Origin: an uncultured Gammaproteobacteria bacterium
GTDB taxonomy: Bacteria; Patescibacteriota; Microgenomatia; UBA8517
NCBI GenBank assembly: GCA_964463425.1
Contig: CAYXBV010000002.1
Coordinates: 14,297-70,667, forward strand
Length of the DNA: 56,371 bases
Reading direction: 5' to 3'
Shown piece after piece: positions 38,999 through 47,528 of the stretch. The translations under genes and the position numbers were made by a program. Numbering within the stretch: position 1 is the first letter of the stretch; each line of letters starts with the position of its first letter. The notes beneath the pieces were generated by a model that searched no databases, was not told the DNA's origin, and saw only the letters and a list, made by a program, of their open reading frames with translations.

Positions 38999-40042
38999 TT
39001 AAGGCAAAAACTCTTTAATATTTTGTACTGTAACTTTATAAGACTGACCCTTTCCTTCGACAATCATTTTTGCTACTTTTCTGGCAATTCCCTCTATTGT
39101 CCTTTGGAGAGTTCTAATTCCCGCATCGTATCCAATTGGTCTAACTATTAACGCCCAAGCGTCCTCTTCTATAATTAAGGCGTTACCGTCCACTCCAGAT
39201 TCTTTTAGTACCTTTGGTAACATATACTTCCTTCCAATAATTATTTTTTCTGCGTCTGTATACGAAGGCATGGATATTGGCTCAAGCCTGTCCAACACGG
39301 CTGTGGAAATATTGGTTGTATTATTTGCTGTTGCTATAAATAAAACCTCAGAAAGATCAACTGGATAATCAATATAGTGATCAATAAATGCATGGTTTTG
39401 CTCTGGATCTAGTAACTCTACTAATACACCCATTATTGATGCTCTTCCCTCGTCGGTTACTCTATCTATTTCGTCTAGCAAAATAACCGTGTTTCTACTC
39501 TGAGAAGTAATAAGTGCCTTGATAATTTTTCCAGGCTCTGCTTCAGGATGCATCCTAGATTGACCTCTCAAGTCTAATGGATCACCCATTCCTCCAAACG
39601 GAATTCTTGCTATCTTTCTACCCAATGATTGAGCAATTGAGTCTGCGATTGTTGTTTTCCCTGTACCCACAAGGCCAACGAAACACAATATCGGTGCTCT
39701 CTTAATGTCTTCGCTTTCCCCTTTTTCTTGCTTTAATTTCATGGTTGAAATGTATTCTAAAATTCTCTCTTTAATTTCTTCTAATCCGTGGTGGTTTTTG
39801 TCTAAAATTTCTTTAGCCCGCGATAGATCTAAGATGTCTTCTGTCTTTTTGTTCCATGGAATAGAGGTAATTTGTTCTATGTACCGACCTATTCTGTCGT
39901 ATTCTGGTAAGAAGGTGGGTGAATTGGTAAGTTTTACCAGTTGATCCAGTCGTATCATAACTCCCTCTTTGAGTTTCTCGGGAAGAAATAAAGTACTCAC
40001 TTTTTCCTTGAGGCTAACTAATTCTTGGCCGGCAGAATCCAT
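38999..40042 (-). CDS. Lon-like AAA+ ATPase without N-domain or S16 protease domain
   Basis: The 347-aa ORF aligns by eye with the E. coli Lon AAA+ module (LPWN, HHGLEEIKERILEY, Walker A GLVGTGKTT, Walker B ILLDEIDR, DPEQNHAFIDHY, ATAN, LDRLE, AGIRTLQR). It ends exactly where the protease domain would start. Confidence 0.8.
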   Translation of the reverse strand: MDSAGQELVSLKEKVSTLFLPEKLKEGVMIRLDQLVKLTNSPTFLPEYDRIGRYIEQITSIPWNKKTEDILDLSRAKEILDKNHHGLEEIKERILEYISTMKLKQEKGESEDIKRAPILCFVGLVGTGKTTIADSIAQSLGRKIARIPFGGMGDPLDLRGQSRMHPEAEPGKIIKALITSQSRNTVILLDEIDRVTDEGRASIMGVLVELLDPEQNHAFIDHYIDYPVDLSEVLFIATANNTTNISTAVLDRLEPISMPSYTDAEKIIIGRKYMLPKVLKESGVDGNALIIEEDAWALIVRPIGYDAGIRTLQRTIEGIARKVAKMIVEGKGQSYKVTVQNIKEFLP

Positions 40043-40086
40043 ATTTTTGATTTCCTAGTTAAAATGTATCACGAAGTGATAGCTAT

Positions 40087-42315
40087 TTAGAAGTTTTTCT
40101 TTTTATCCTCTAAGTATCTGCTAGTTGGAAAGTGAGGACCCGATGATTTTTTGTCTGTGGATCTTCCTCTTGAGGATGGTCTCTTTCGATCAAAATCGTT
40201 GTTGGGTTTTCGGTAAGAAGGCTTACTATCTGTGCTCTTTTCTTTATCCCCATCTAACAACATTGAGAGGTTAATTCTTCCTAAATTATCTATCTCTTTT
40301 ACCCTAACCTGAACTTTATCTCCAACCTTAACAACATCTGAAGGATCTTTAACAAAATCCTTGCTCATGTCTGAAACGTGCACTAATCCGTCTTTGCCAG
40401 GCAATACCTCGACAAAAGCACCAAATTGTTGAATTCTTTTAACTTCTCCTTCGTAAATCTCACCAGCTGCCACTTCTTTTGTTAAATTCTCGATTCTTTC
40501 TATTGCGGCCGCTACCTCTTCCTCTTTTGTACCAGAAAGACTTACGCTTCCATCATCTTCAACGTCTACTTGGGCACCTGTCTCTGCAATAATTTTCCTT
40601 ATCATCTTTCCTCCTGGGCCAATAATTTCTCCTATTTTAGTTGGGTCAATTTTAATTACCTTTATTTTTGGAGCGTAGGTAGATACTTTTTCGCGTGATT
40701 CGGAAATAGCCTTCATCATTACTTCCAATATCTTTAACCTTGCTTCTTTTGCTTGTTTAAAGGCTTTTCCAAGAATTGAAGCTGTTAGTTTTAGTGTTTT
40801 AACATCAAGCTGTAAGGCTGTTATTCCATCTTTTGTTCCAGCTACTTTGAAATCCATATCTCCATTGCCATCTTCCATTCCAACTATATCTGTTAAAACT
40901 ACATTCTTCTTTTCACTTTCAATAATTAACCCCATGGCGATACCAGCAACCGGCGCTTTTATTGGCACACCTGCGTCCATCAATGAGAGTGTTGATCCAC
41001 ATGTTGATGCCATCGAGCTTGAGCCGTTTGATCCTAATATCTCTGTAGCAACACGAATGGTGTAAGGGAACTCTTCTTTTGATGGAATCACTGGAAGCAG
41101 CGCATTTTCAGCTAATGCTCCATGTCCGACTTCTCTTCTTGAAGGAAATCCCACTCTACCTGTTTCTCCAACTGAATAAGGAGGCATTGAGTAATGGTGT
41201 ATATATCTTTTTGATTTTTCTCCTTCAGCCGACTCTATTAGTTGTTCCAAAGATGACGATCCCAATGTGGCAATAGAAAGAGCTTGTGTTTGTCCTCTAT
41301 TAAATAGTGCTGAACCATGTGTTCTAGGAAGAATTCCTACTTCAGCCGAAAGATCTCTGAGTTCATCAGATTTTCTACCGTCAGGTCTTTTGCCTGCCAA
41401 AATCAAGCTTCGAATTTCATTTGTGAAGAGATCCTGAAATATTCTGCCGTATTCTTCTTTTTCTTCTTCTTCAGCCGAATCCATAACTGCTTTTTTGGCT
41501 GCATCAAAATCAGAATAGCCAGCTTTCATAACTGCCATGTTTTTTATTAGGTCTTTTATTGTGGAACCCGCTAATTTCTCTATTTTCTTTTCTAATGTTG
41601 GGTTTTTCTTTACCTCTAGTAAAACTTCTTTCTTTTTTCCAACCGCTTTAGCAAAATCATTAACTAATGCAATTACTTTTTTGCTTTCTTTTTGAATAAA
41701 CTCAATTCCCTCCAGCATTTTCTTTTCCGAAACTATCTTGCTTTTTGCTTCGATCATAACAATGGCATCTTTTGTTACTGAGGAAACCAATTCCATTTCA
41801 GATTCTTGAATGTCTTGTTTGGTTGGATTGATAATAAACTTATTGTCTTTTAGTCCTGCCTTGAGCATGGAAACTGGTCCACCCCATGGAATTGAAGAAC
41901 TTGTTAATGCAGCAGAAACAGCTAGTCCAGCAACCATGTCCGGAGAAGTTTCTAGATCGACAGACAATACAGTAATAATAACTTGGACTTCTTTTTTATA
42001 GTTCTTTGGGAAAAGTGGCCTAATTGATCTGTCAATAAGTCTTGCCACCAATACATCATCATCTGAAGGACGACCATCTCTCTTTACCCATCGGCTTCCC
42101 TTGATTCTTCCTCCTGCGTACAATCTCTGTTGGTATTCCACAAACAATGGGAAATATCCAATACTTTCTTTTAATTCAGAGGCTACCACTGTTGCTAGCA
42201 CCACGGTCTCGCCGTGAGTAGCTAATACAGCAGAAGTTGCGTGTTGTGCAAGTTGTCCTGTTGAAAGGGTTAGTTTTCTACCACCCAAATCCATGCTTTT
42301 TTCTATTTTTTTCAT
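40087..42315 (-). CDS. pnp: polyribonucleotide nucleotidyltransferase (PNPase)
   Basis: 742-aa ORF with two RNase PH domains, KH (IGPGGKMIRKI) and S1 (GEIYEGEVKRIQQFGAFVE) domains, and a basic low-complexity C-terminal tail. Confidence 0.96.
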   Translation of the reverse strand: MKKIEKSMDLGGRKLTLSTGQLAQHATSAVLATHGETVVLATVVASELKESIGYFPLFVEYQQRLYAGGRIKGSRWVKRDGRPSDDDVLVARLIDRSIRPLFPKNYKKEVQVIITVLSVDLETSPDMVAGLAVSAALTSSSIPWGGPVSMLKAGLKDNKFIINPTKQDIQESEMELVSSVTKDAIVMIEAKSKIVSEKKMLEGIEFIQKESKKVIALVNDFAKAVGKKKEVLLEVKKNPTLEKKIEKLAGSTIKDLIKNMAVMKAGYSDFDAAKKAVMDSAEEEEKEEYGRIFQDLFTNEIRSLILAGKRPDGRKSDELRDLSAEVGILPRTHGSALFNRGQTQALSIATLGSSSLEQLIESAEGEKSKRYIHHYSMPPYSVGETGRVGFPSRREVGHGALAENALLPVIPSKEEFPYTIRVATEILGSNGSSSMASTCGSTLSLMDAGVPIKAPVAGIAMGLIIESEKKNVVLTDIVGMEDGNGDMDFKVAGTKDGITALQLDVKTLKLTASILGKAFKQAKEARLKILEVMMKAISESREKVSTYAPKIKVIKIDPTKIGEIIGPGGKMIRKIIAETGAQVDVEDDGSVSLSGTKEEEVAAAIERIENLTKEVAAGEIYEGEVKRIQQFGAFVEVLPGKDGLVHVSDMSKDFVKDPSDVVKVGDKVQVRVKEIDNLGRINLSMLLDGDKEKSTDSKPSYRKPNNDFDRKRPSSRGRSTDKKSSGPHFPTSRYLEDKKKNF

Positions 42316-42324
42316 ATTCTATTC

Positions 42325-42594
42325 TTATTTCTTTAAATTCAGCTCTGCTATGAGGCTTCTGTATCGTTTTTCGTCACGATCTCGAAGATAAGTTAATAAT
42401 CTTCTTCTTTTCGCTACCATAGCTAGAAGACCCCTTCTTGAATGAACATCTTTCTTGTGATCTTTAAGGTGTTCTGCTAATTTGTCTATTTGTACAGAGA
42501 GTAGTGCTACTTGAATTTCTGGAGAACCAGTATCGCTTTTCTCTCGAGCAAATTTCTTTACAATTTTTGTTTTGTCTTCTTTTGTTAATGCCAT
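42325..42594 (-). CDS. rpsO: 30S ribosomal protein S15
   Basis: [33 protein letters not shown]...[20 protein letters not shown]. The track ORF extends 16 codons further upstream. The ATG at 42594 gives the canonical 89-aa S15. Confidence 0.93.
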   Translation of the reverse strand: MALTKEDKTKIVKKFAREKSDTGSPEIQVALLSVQIDKLAEHLKDHKKDVHSRRGLLAMVAKRRRLLTYLRDRDEKRYRSLIAELNLKK

Positions 42595-42642
42595 AATGTC
42601 ATGAAAAACTGAGTAACCCCTTAACCATCTGTGGCGGAGCAA

Positions 42643-42692
42643 CCCTGTTTTACATCAGGGATTATAATATCACGAAAATATTTAGTTGACAA
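42643..42692 (-). promoter_or_regulatory. rpsO promoter and leader hairpin
   Basis: Minus strand reads TTGTCA (42692-42687), 17 nt, TGaTATTAT (42672-42664), then hairpin CCCTG-ATGTAAAA-CAGGG (42660-42643). Confidence 0.5.
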
Positions 42693-42704
42693 CCCATTAA
42701 AAAA

Positions 42705-43547
42705 TTAACTGATCGAAGTTCCTTTGTAGATCTTTGGCTCAAGCCAATCCTTTGGGGCTTCTTTTTTTTCTTCGAGTATTTTCTTACCTGGAATAGATCC
42801 TTGAGAAAATGTCCCTTTTTGATTTAAAACTTTTCGTTTTCTTACTCCTCCTGCCCTTATTAAATCAGCAACGACCTGAAATGTGTTAGCGCCAACTTCC
42901 GAACTCGAAAACTTATTGCTTCCTTCTTCTATTCCTGCAAGTAAGTTTGTGGCCGTATCAACATCTAATGTGTAATTTCCTTCTTTGATTAAATCTGCCA
43001 CAATCTCTGAACAAGAAGAGGCTGGTCGCGCAAACGACATGACACTTGCTTCCGACGATACCGATAATGCCCTTGTGCCGATATGCAATACTTTTGCTCC
43101 AACTAACTCCTTAGATGAACTTACTGCTGGGAAGTGTGATTCATTTGCACCTCCAACTAATATAATTATGTCTGCCGAAACACCAGAAAATCCAAGGTTT
43201 GCCTGCTCTTTTTTGGGAGAGGGAAAACCTGGTTTAGGAATAATTGTGAGCCTGAATTCAGACCCATCGATATCATAACTAACTCTTTCAATATTTTCAG
43301 CCGGATAATCGACCAAGCTAACTACTAAATTTTTGTTACCAAGCTCTTGAGTTATTTTGTTTACACCCACAAGCCTGTTAAACTCAACAACCATAGGGGA
43401 CGGACAAGAAATTGAAACATCTTTTTTGTCACTTAAACTTAAATATAAAGACAAACCTGCGGCTACTTGTTCAAAAAAAGGTTTTGTTGGCAAAAGAACC
43501 AAAACGGAGTTTGTAGAGTTTATAATTGAGCTGAAAGAGTTGTCCAT
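42705..43547 (-). CDS. hypothetical protein, possibly a catalytically degenerate DHH/DHHA1 (NrnA-like) fold
   Basis: 280-aa ORF in the slot where DHH phosphoesterases sit in nusA-infB...rpsO-pnp clusters. Weak pattern matches are VLVLLPTKPFFEQVAAGLSLYLSL versus H..PDgDaiGS, ATNLLAGIEEGSNKF versus GI..DTg.F, and AGGV versus GGGH. The metal and catalytic residues are replaced. Confidence 0.4.
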   Translation of the reverse strand: MDNSFSSIINSTNSVLVLLPTKPFFEQVAAGLSLYLSLSDKKDVSISCPSPMVVEFNRLVGVNKITQELGNKNLVVSLVDYPAENIERVSYDIDGSEFRLTIIPKPGFPSPKKEQANLGFSGVSADIIILVGGANESHFPAVSSSKELVGAKVLHIGTRALSVSSEASVMSFARPASSCSEIVADLIKEGNYTLDVDTATNLLAGIEEGSNKFSSSEVGANTFQVVADLIRAGGVRKRKVLNQKGTFSQGSIPGKKILEEKKEAPKDWLEPKIYKGTSIS

Positions 43548-43565
43548 ATATTTAAGTAGGGCAAA

Positions 43566-44972
43566 TTACTGTTTGACGGATACTAACATATCCCCTTTTT
43601 CAAAATCAAGTTGAGGACCAAGAATAACCCCAAACTCTTCACCTTCTTTTGCCTCCTGAATCATCTTTTTTTCTTTTCGCAGAGAAACAACTCTTGCCTG
43701 TCCAAGCTCGGTCTCGTCGCGCATTAATGTAACCGTATCTTTCATACTAATTTTCCCAGAAACAACTTTACAACCGGCAACCGTTTTGTTGTTAAAAGGG
43801 AAAGAGTCTATGATTTTTGCCTTACCTAATATCACCGACTGCTTTTCTCCAATTAGTTCTCCCAATTTTTCGAGGAGCTTATAAATAATGTCGAACGTTT
43901 CAATTTCTACCCCTTCCGTATCTGCTAGTTTTTTGACAGAGGAAGGAGTTTTTACTTCGAAACCAAAAATGTAAGCATCTTCTACTGACTTTGCAAAAAA
44001 CACATCAGACTCATTAATAGGACCCACTCCCGAAGAAATAGAAATAGCGTCAGCTGGCAAGTTCAATAGCAGCGCCTCAAGAGCACCTGCACTTGCAGCT
44101 TTAAAAACAGCTGCCACTTGTTCTTCTCCAACTGAAAAGGGTTTTGCCCCCATTCGAGTTTCATTTTTATTTTCTTTGCTGCTTTTACTTACAGAAGAAT
44201 GTCTTACTTGTGTTCCAATAAGAGGAAGTTCTGAAAATCCCAACACCAATCCTGGCTCTCCGGGGAGTATCTTTTTTATTGCCTTTCCTTCTTTGTTAAA
44301 TATCCCCTTTACTCTGCATCTCATTTTGTCTGTCTCGATTTCGTCTCTTGCTGAAAGTGTTCCATTCTTGACAACAATCGACACTAACATTCCCCTTGCG
44401 TCTTTGTTTGTTTCAATAACAACTGCATCCAGTTTTGCTTTTTCGTCCGATTTAATTTCGTTGACTTCAGAAACCAAAAGAATCATCTCCAACAACTCAT
44501 TTATACCCTTGTTTTCTTTTGAGGAAAGCAATACTAGAGGGGTATCTCCACCCCTTCCTTCAAACAAAACTCCCTCTGTTTCAATTTGCCCTTTTACGCT
44601 TTCTATGGAGGCAGAGGTTATATCTATTTTTGTAATAGCCACGATAAAAGGAATTTCTGCTTTCTTAATATATTCAATTGCCTCTTTTGTTTGGGGTTTT
44701 ACTCCATCATCAGCCGCCACCACCAATATGGCTATGTCTGCTAATTTTGCTCCTCTTGAACGCATTTGGGCAAAAGCTGCGTGCCCAGGAGTGTCTATAA
44801 AAGTTATTTTCTTTCCCGTTTTTGTCGTTATAGTTGAAGCACCTATTCCTTGAGTTATACCGCCCATTTCTTTTTGGGCCACGAAAGTTTTCCTTATGGT
44901 ATCTAGAAGTGTTGTCTTACCGTGATCTACGTGACCAAGGACTGTTACTATTGGTTGTCGTGGTTTTTCCAT
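43566..44972 (-). CDS. infB: translation initiation factor IF-2, minimal form starting at the G domain
   Basis: 468-aa ORF beginning [21 protein letters not shown], with DTPGHAAF and TKID, followed by domains II, C1 and C2. There is no N-terminal region. Confidence 0.92.
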   Translation of the reverse strand: MEKPRQPIVTVLGHVDHGKTTLLDTIRKTFVAQKEMGGITQGIGASTITTKTGKKITFIDTPGHAAFAQMRSRGAKLADIAILVVAADDGVKPQTKEAIEYIKKAEIPFIVAITKIDITSASIESVKGQIETEGVLFEGRGGDTPLVLLSSKENKGINELLEMILLVSEVNEIKSDEKAKLDAVVIETNKDARGMLVSIVVKNGTLSARDEIETDKMRCRVKGIFNKEGKAIKKILPGEPGLVLGFSELPLIGTQVRHSSVSKSSKENKNETRMGAKPFSVGEEQVAAVFKAASAGALEALLLNLPADAISISSGVGPINESDVFFAKSVEDAYIFGFEVKTPSSVKKLADTEGVEIETFDIIYKLLEKLGELIGEKQSVILGKAKIIDSFPFNNKTVAGCKVVSGKISMKDTVTLMRDETELGQARVVSLRKEKKMIQEAKEGEEFGVILGPQLDFEKGDMLVSVKQ

Positions 44973-45031
44973 ATATTGTTTTTTTTATTCCCTTAATTTC
45001 TAATAATCTGTGCTCAAGTAAAGTTTCCATT

Positions 45032-46195
45032 TTAACTTTTCTTTGATGCCACTTTTTTCTTTTTTTTCACAGATGTTGTTTTCGCTTCTTTTTTGCCTTT
45101 GACTTTCTTCTCTTTTTTAACAGTTTTTTTCGTCTTTGTTTTTTTAGCTGAAGCCTTCTTCACAACTTTTTTCTTTTCTTCTCTTTTCTTCTCTTTTTTA
45201 ACAGTTTTTTTCTTATCGGCATAAGGTTCTATTTCTATTCTCCATCCTGTTAGTTTTGATGCCAATCTCGCATTTTGTCCATCTTTGCCAATAGCCAAAG
45301 AGAGTTGTTCCTCTGGAGCTTCTACTTGAGCCGTTTCTTCTTTTTTGTTTAAAGTGACATTTAAACCCTCTGCTGGTGAAAGTGCTGCTTCTATTAATTC
45401 CTTTGGGTCTTCGCTCCAAGGAACAATATCTATTCTTTCTCCCCCGAGCTCGTTTGTTGCCGCTTGTACCCGAATTCCTTTTTGACCGACACAAGAACCT
45501 ACTGGATCAACACCTGATTGTGTTGAAGACACGGCAATTTTTGTTCTTGTTCCTGCTTCACGAGCGATTGCCTTTATTTCAACACTACCTGAAGAAACTT
45601 CCGGGACCTCTCTTGCAAAAAGTTTTTTAACAAAATCTGGGTCAGCCCTAGAAAGAATAATTTGTTTTCCTTTTGGTGTCTCAACAATCTCCTTCATAAG
45701 AAATGTCAATCTTTGGTTTGCCGAAAGCCTTTCGTTGGGGGCTCTTTCGCCTGCTGGCATAATACCTTCGGATCGACCTAGATCTATTCGTACGTCAGGA
45801 CCATCAAATCTCAAGATCATACCCGAAATTAAAGTACCCACCCTACCGGAAAATTCGTCCATGATTGAATCTTTCTCTGCTTCTCTTATTCTTTGGTGAA
45901 TTACTTGTTTTGCTGTTTGTGCAGCAATTCTTCCAAATCCAGGAGGAGTTACATCTTTTTTCTTTTTAGGTTTTCCTTCTGGCCAAGAATATATTTTGGC
46001 ACTGCCACTTACGGAATTTAAATCGACGTCATATTCTAGCTCATCCTCATCGCCTTCTTGTTCTTTTATGTCTCGCTTATAAGCCGCAACTATTGCTTGT
46101 TTAATTGTATCTAATATCACATCTGCATCAAGTCCTCGCTCCGTTGCGATAGCTTTTAATGCTTGTGCAAATTCTGTTCTTGGTGTTTGTACCAT
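45032..46195 (-). CDS. nusA: transcription termination/antitermination factor NusA (Lys-rich tail)
   Basis: 387-aa ORF with the NusA N-domain, S1 and two KH domains (GSCVGQKGIRVQA, AIGKDGQNARLASKLTGWRIEI), then a tail of about 60 aa rich in K in place of acidic repeats. Confidence 0.93.
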   Translation of the reverse strand: MVQTPRTEFAQALKAIATERGLDADVILDTIKQAIVAAYKRDIKEQEGDEDELEYDVDLNSVSGSAKIYSWPEGKPKKKKDVTPPGFGRIAAQTAKQVIHQRIREAEKDSIMDEFSGRVGTLISGMILRFDGPDVRIDLGRSEGIMPAGERAPNERLSANQRLTFLMKEIVETPKGKQIILSRADPDFVKKLFAREVPEVSSGSVEIKAIAREAGTRTKIAVSSTQSGVDPVGSCVGQKGIRVQAATNELGGERIDIVPWSEDPKELIEAALSPAEGLNVTLNKKEETAQVEAPEEQLSLAIGKDGQNARLASKLTGWRIEIEPYADKKKTVKKEKKREEKKKVVKKASAKKTKTKKTVKKEKKVKGKKEAKTTSVKKKKKVASKKS

Positions 46196-46200
46196 AATCT

Positions 46201-46228
46201 AAAAAAAAAGGCGGGCTAATATCCCACC
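46201..46228 (-). terminator. terminator-like hairpin plus U9 tract 5 nt upstream of the nusA ATG (candidate attenuator)
   Basis: Minus strand has GGTGGG-ATATTAG-CCCGCC, 6 bp including one G-U, followed by TTTTTTTTT. On the plus strand the same stem would contain a C-A mismatch, so the structure is strand-specific. Confidence 0.5.
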
Positions 46229-46251
46229 GTTTTCTCCCTTAATCTGGTGAT

Positions 46252-46280
46252 ATTTTAACTCAGAAGAAAAATTAAGTCAA
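46252..46280 (-). promoter_or_regulatory. sigma70-type promoter for nusA-infB
   Basis: Minus strand reads TTGACT (46280-46275), 17 nt, TAAAAT (46257-46252). Confidence 0.55.
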
Positions 46281-46339
46281 TTGTGCTTAGCATAATTTAT
46301 GAAGACGGCTAAGCCTAGTGATGTTTTCGGAAGTGTGCC

Positions 46340-47215
46340 TCAAAGTCCCTCTTTCTTCATTTTTTCTATTATCTTTTTCTGCTCCTTGGTAAGTTTCTCT
46401 GGAACAGCAACTATTACGCGAACATATTGATCTCCACTACCTCTCCCTCTTAGTCTTGGTGCTCCTTTTCCTCGAAGTCGAATTGTTGTTCCCCCTTGTG
46501 TTCCTGACTTAATACGTATCTTCACTTTCCCGTCTATAGTTGGTGCCTCTACTGTGCCCCCAAGAATAGCTAGCGAATAAGGAATTGCTAATTTTACAAA
46601 AATATTTTCTCCGTCTCTTTCAAAAACATCGTGTGGTCCAACATTCACAGAAAGAACAAAATCATTAAAATTTATTCTCAATCCTTCGTCAATTCCAGCT
46701 GGAATTTTAATTTTCTTCTTTTTCCCGTCGATCTCTACCTCCTTCTCAACACCCTTGATTGCCTCCATAAAATCAATTGTGACCGAGTAGCGAGGTTTTC
46801 TTGCACCACCAAACGAAGCTCCACCTCCAAAAAACTGAGAAAATATTTCAAAAGGGTCACCAAAATCAAAACCAGAATAAGGACTTTCTCCGGACGTTGA
46901 GTGGGTATAAGTAAAAGGACCCTGTCTTCCCGCTTGACCAAAAGGAGACCCGGCACGCCCTGGTCCACCAGGCATTCCACCAGGAGAAAAAGCGGCGTGA
47001 CCATATTGGTCATATGCCTGTTTCTTCTGTGGATCAGACAATATCTGATAAGCGGCATTCACTTCCTTGAAGCGTTTTTCGGCAACTTCCTTGTTGTCTT
47101 TGTGTTTGTCAGGATGCCACTCAAGGGCCTGTTTGCGATAAGCTTTTTTGATTTCGTCTTGAGAGGCCCCCTTGGTAACTCCCAAAATATCGTAATAGTC
47201 TGATTTGGCTGCCAT
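46340..47215 (-). CDS. dnaJ: J-domain co-chaperone, class II (DnaJ/CbpA-like, no zinc-finger domain)
   Basis: 291-aa ORF with a J domain (DYYDILGV...HPDK), a G/F-rich region and C-terminal beta domains. It has no Cys residues, so the CxxCxGxG repeats are absent. Confidence 0.88.
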   Translation of the reverse strand: MAAKSDYYDILGVTKGASQDEIKKAYRKQALEWHPDKHKDNKEVAEKRFKEVNAAYQILSDPQKKQAYDQYGHAAFSPGGMPGGPGRAGSPFGQAGRQGPFTYTHSTSGESPYSGFDFGDPFEIFSQFFGGGASFGGARKPRYSVTIDFMEAIKGVEKEVEIDGKKKKIKIPAGIDEGLRINFNDFVLSVNVGPHDVFERDGENIFVKLAIPYSLAILGGTVEAPTIDGKVKIRIKSGTQGGTTIRLRGKGAPRLRGRGSGDQYVRVIVAVPEKLTKEQKKIIEKMKKEGL

Positions 47216-47259
47216 AATTTTATATTATCCTTTTCTATTTGAAATTGTTTAAACGAAGA

Positions 47260-47523
47260 CTATTCAGAATCTTCCATCAACAGATCATCTAATAATTTAG
47301 TCTGCTTATTAATTGCGTCTTCCGATCCGGGTATTAACCTAAAAGCCTTGAATATAATCTCGTCTGGGTCCTCAGAATTAATCGATATTCCCCATTCTTT
47401 TTTTAACGTGTCTATTTTTTTATTAAAATTAGCCAGCGTTTCTCTTTCCTCCGAAGTTAACATTCGCATAGCCGTTTCGTGATGGGCAAGGACTGTTAGA
47501 AGTCTTTCACTAGTATGTGACAC
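47260..47523 (-). CDS. hypothetical acidic protein (87 aa) inserted between dnaK and dnaJ
   Basis: ORF MSHTSERLLTVLAHHETAMRMLTSEERETLANF...LLDDLLMEDSE. It starts 5 nt after the dnaK stop. No family recognised. Confidence 0.55.
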   Translation of the reverse strand: MSHTSERLLTVLAHHETAMRMLTSEERETLANFNKKIDTLKKEWGISINSEDPDEIIFKAFRLIPGSEDAINKQTKLLDDLLMEDSE

Positions 47524-47528
47524 AGTTT

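Noticed and set aside
44176-44853. A long plus-strand ORF (225 aa) lies antisense to infB. Similar cases are 49129-49812 (227 aa, antisense to dnaK/grpE), 257-670, 1649-2080, 25630-26079 and 15300-15698.
   Set aside because: They lie entirely inside well-supported minus-strand genes and translate to low-complexity S/F/L/I-rich sequence with no recognisable motifs. That is the expected by-product of stop-poor antisense frames in AT-rich, codon-biased genes.
46285-46314. A 7-bp inverted repeat, GCTTAGC...(16 nt)...GCTAAGC, lies just downstream of dnaJ.
   Set aside because: The loop is long, no U-tract follows, and it sits upstream of the nusA -35. It might be a weak dnaJ 3' structure or a protein-binding site, but nothing in the sequence distinguishes these.
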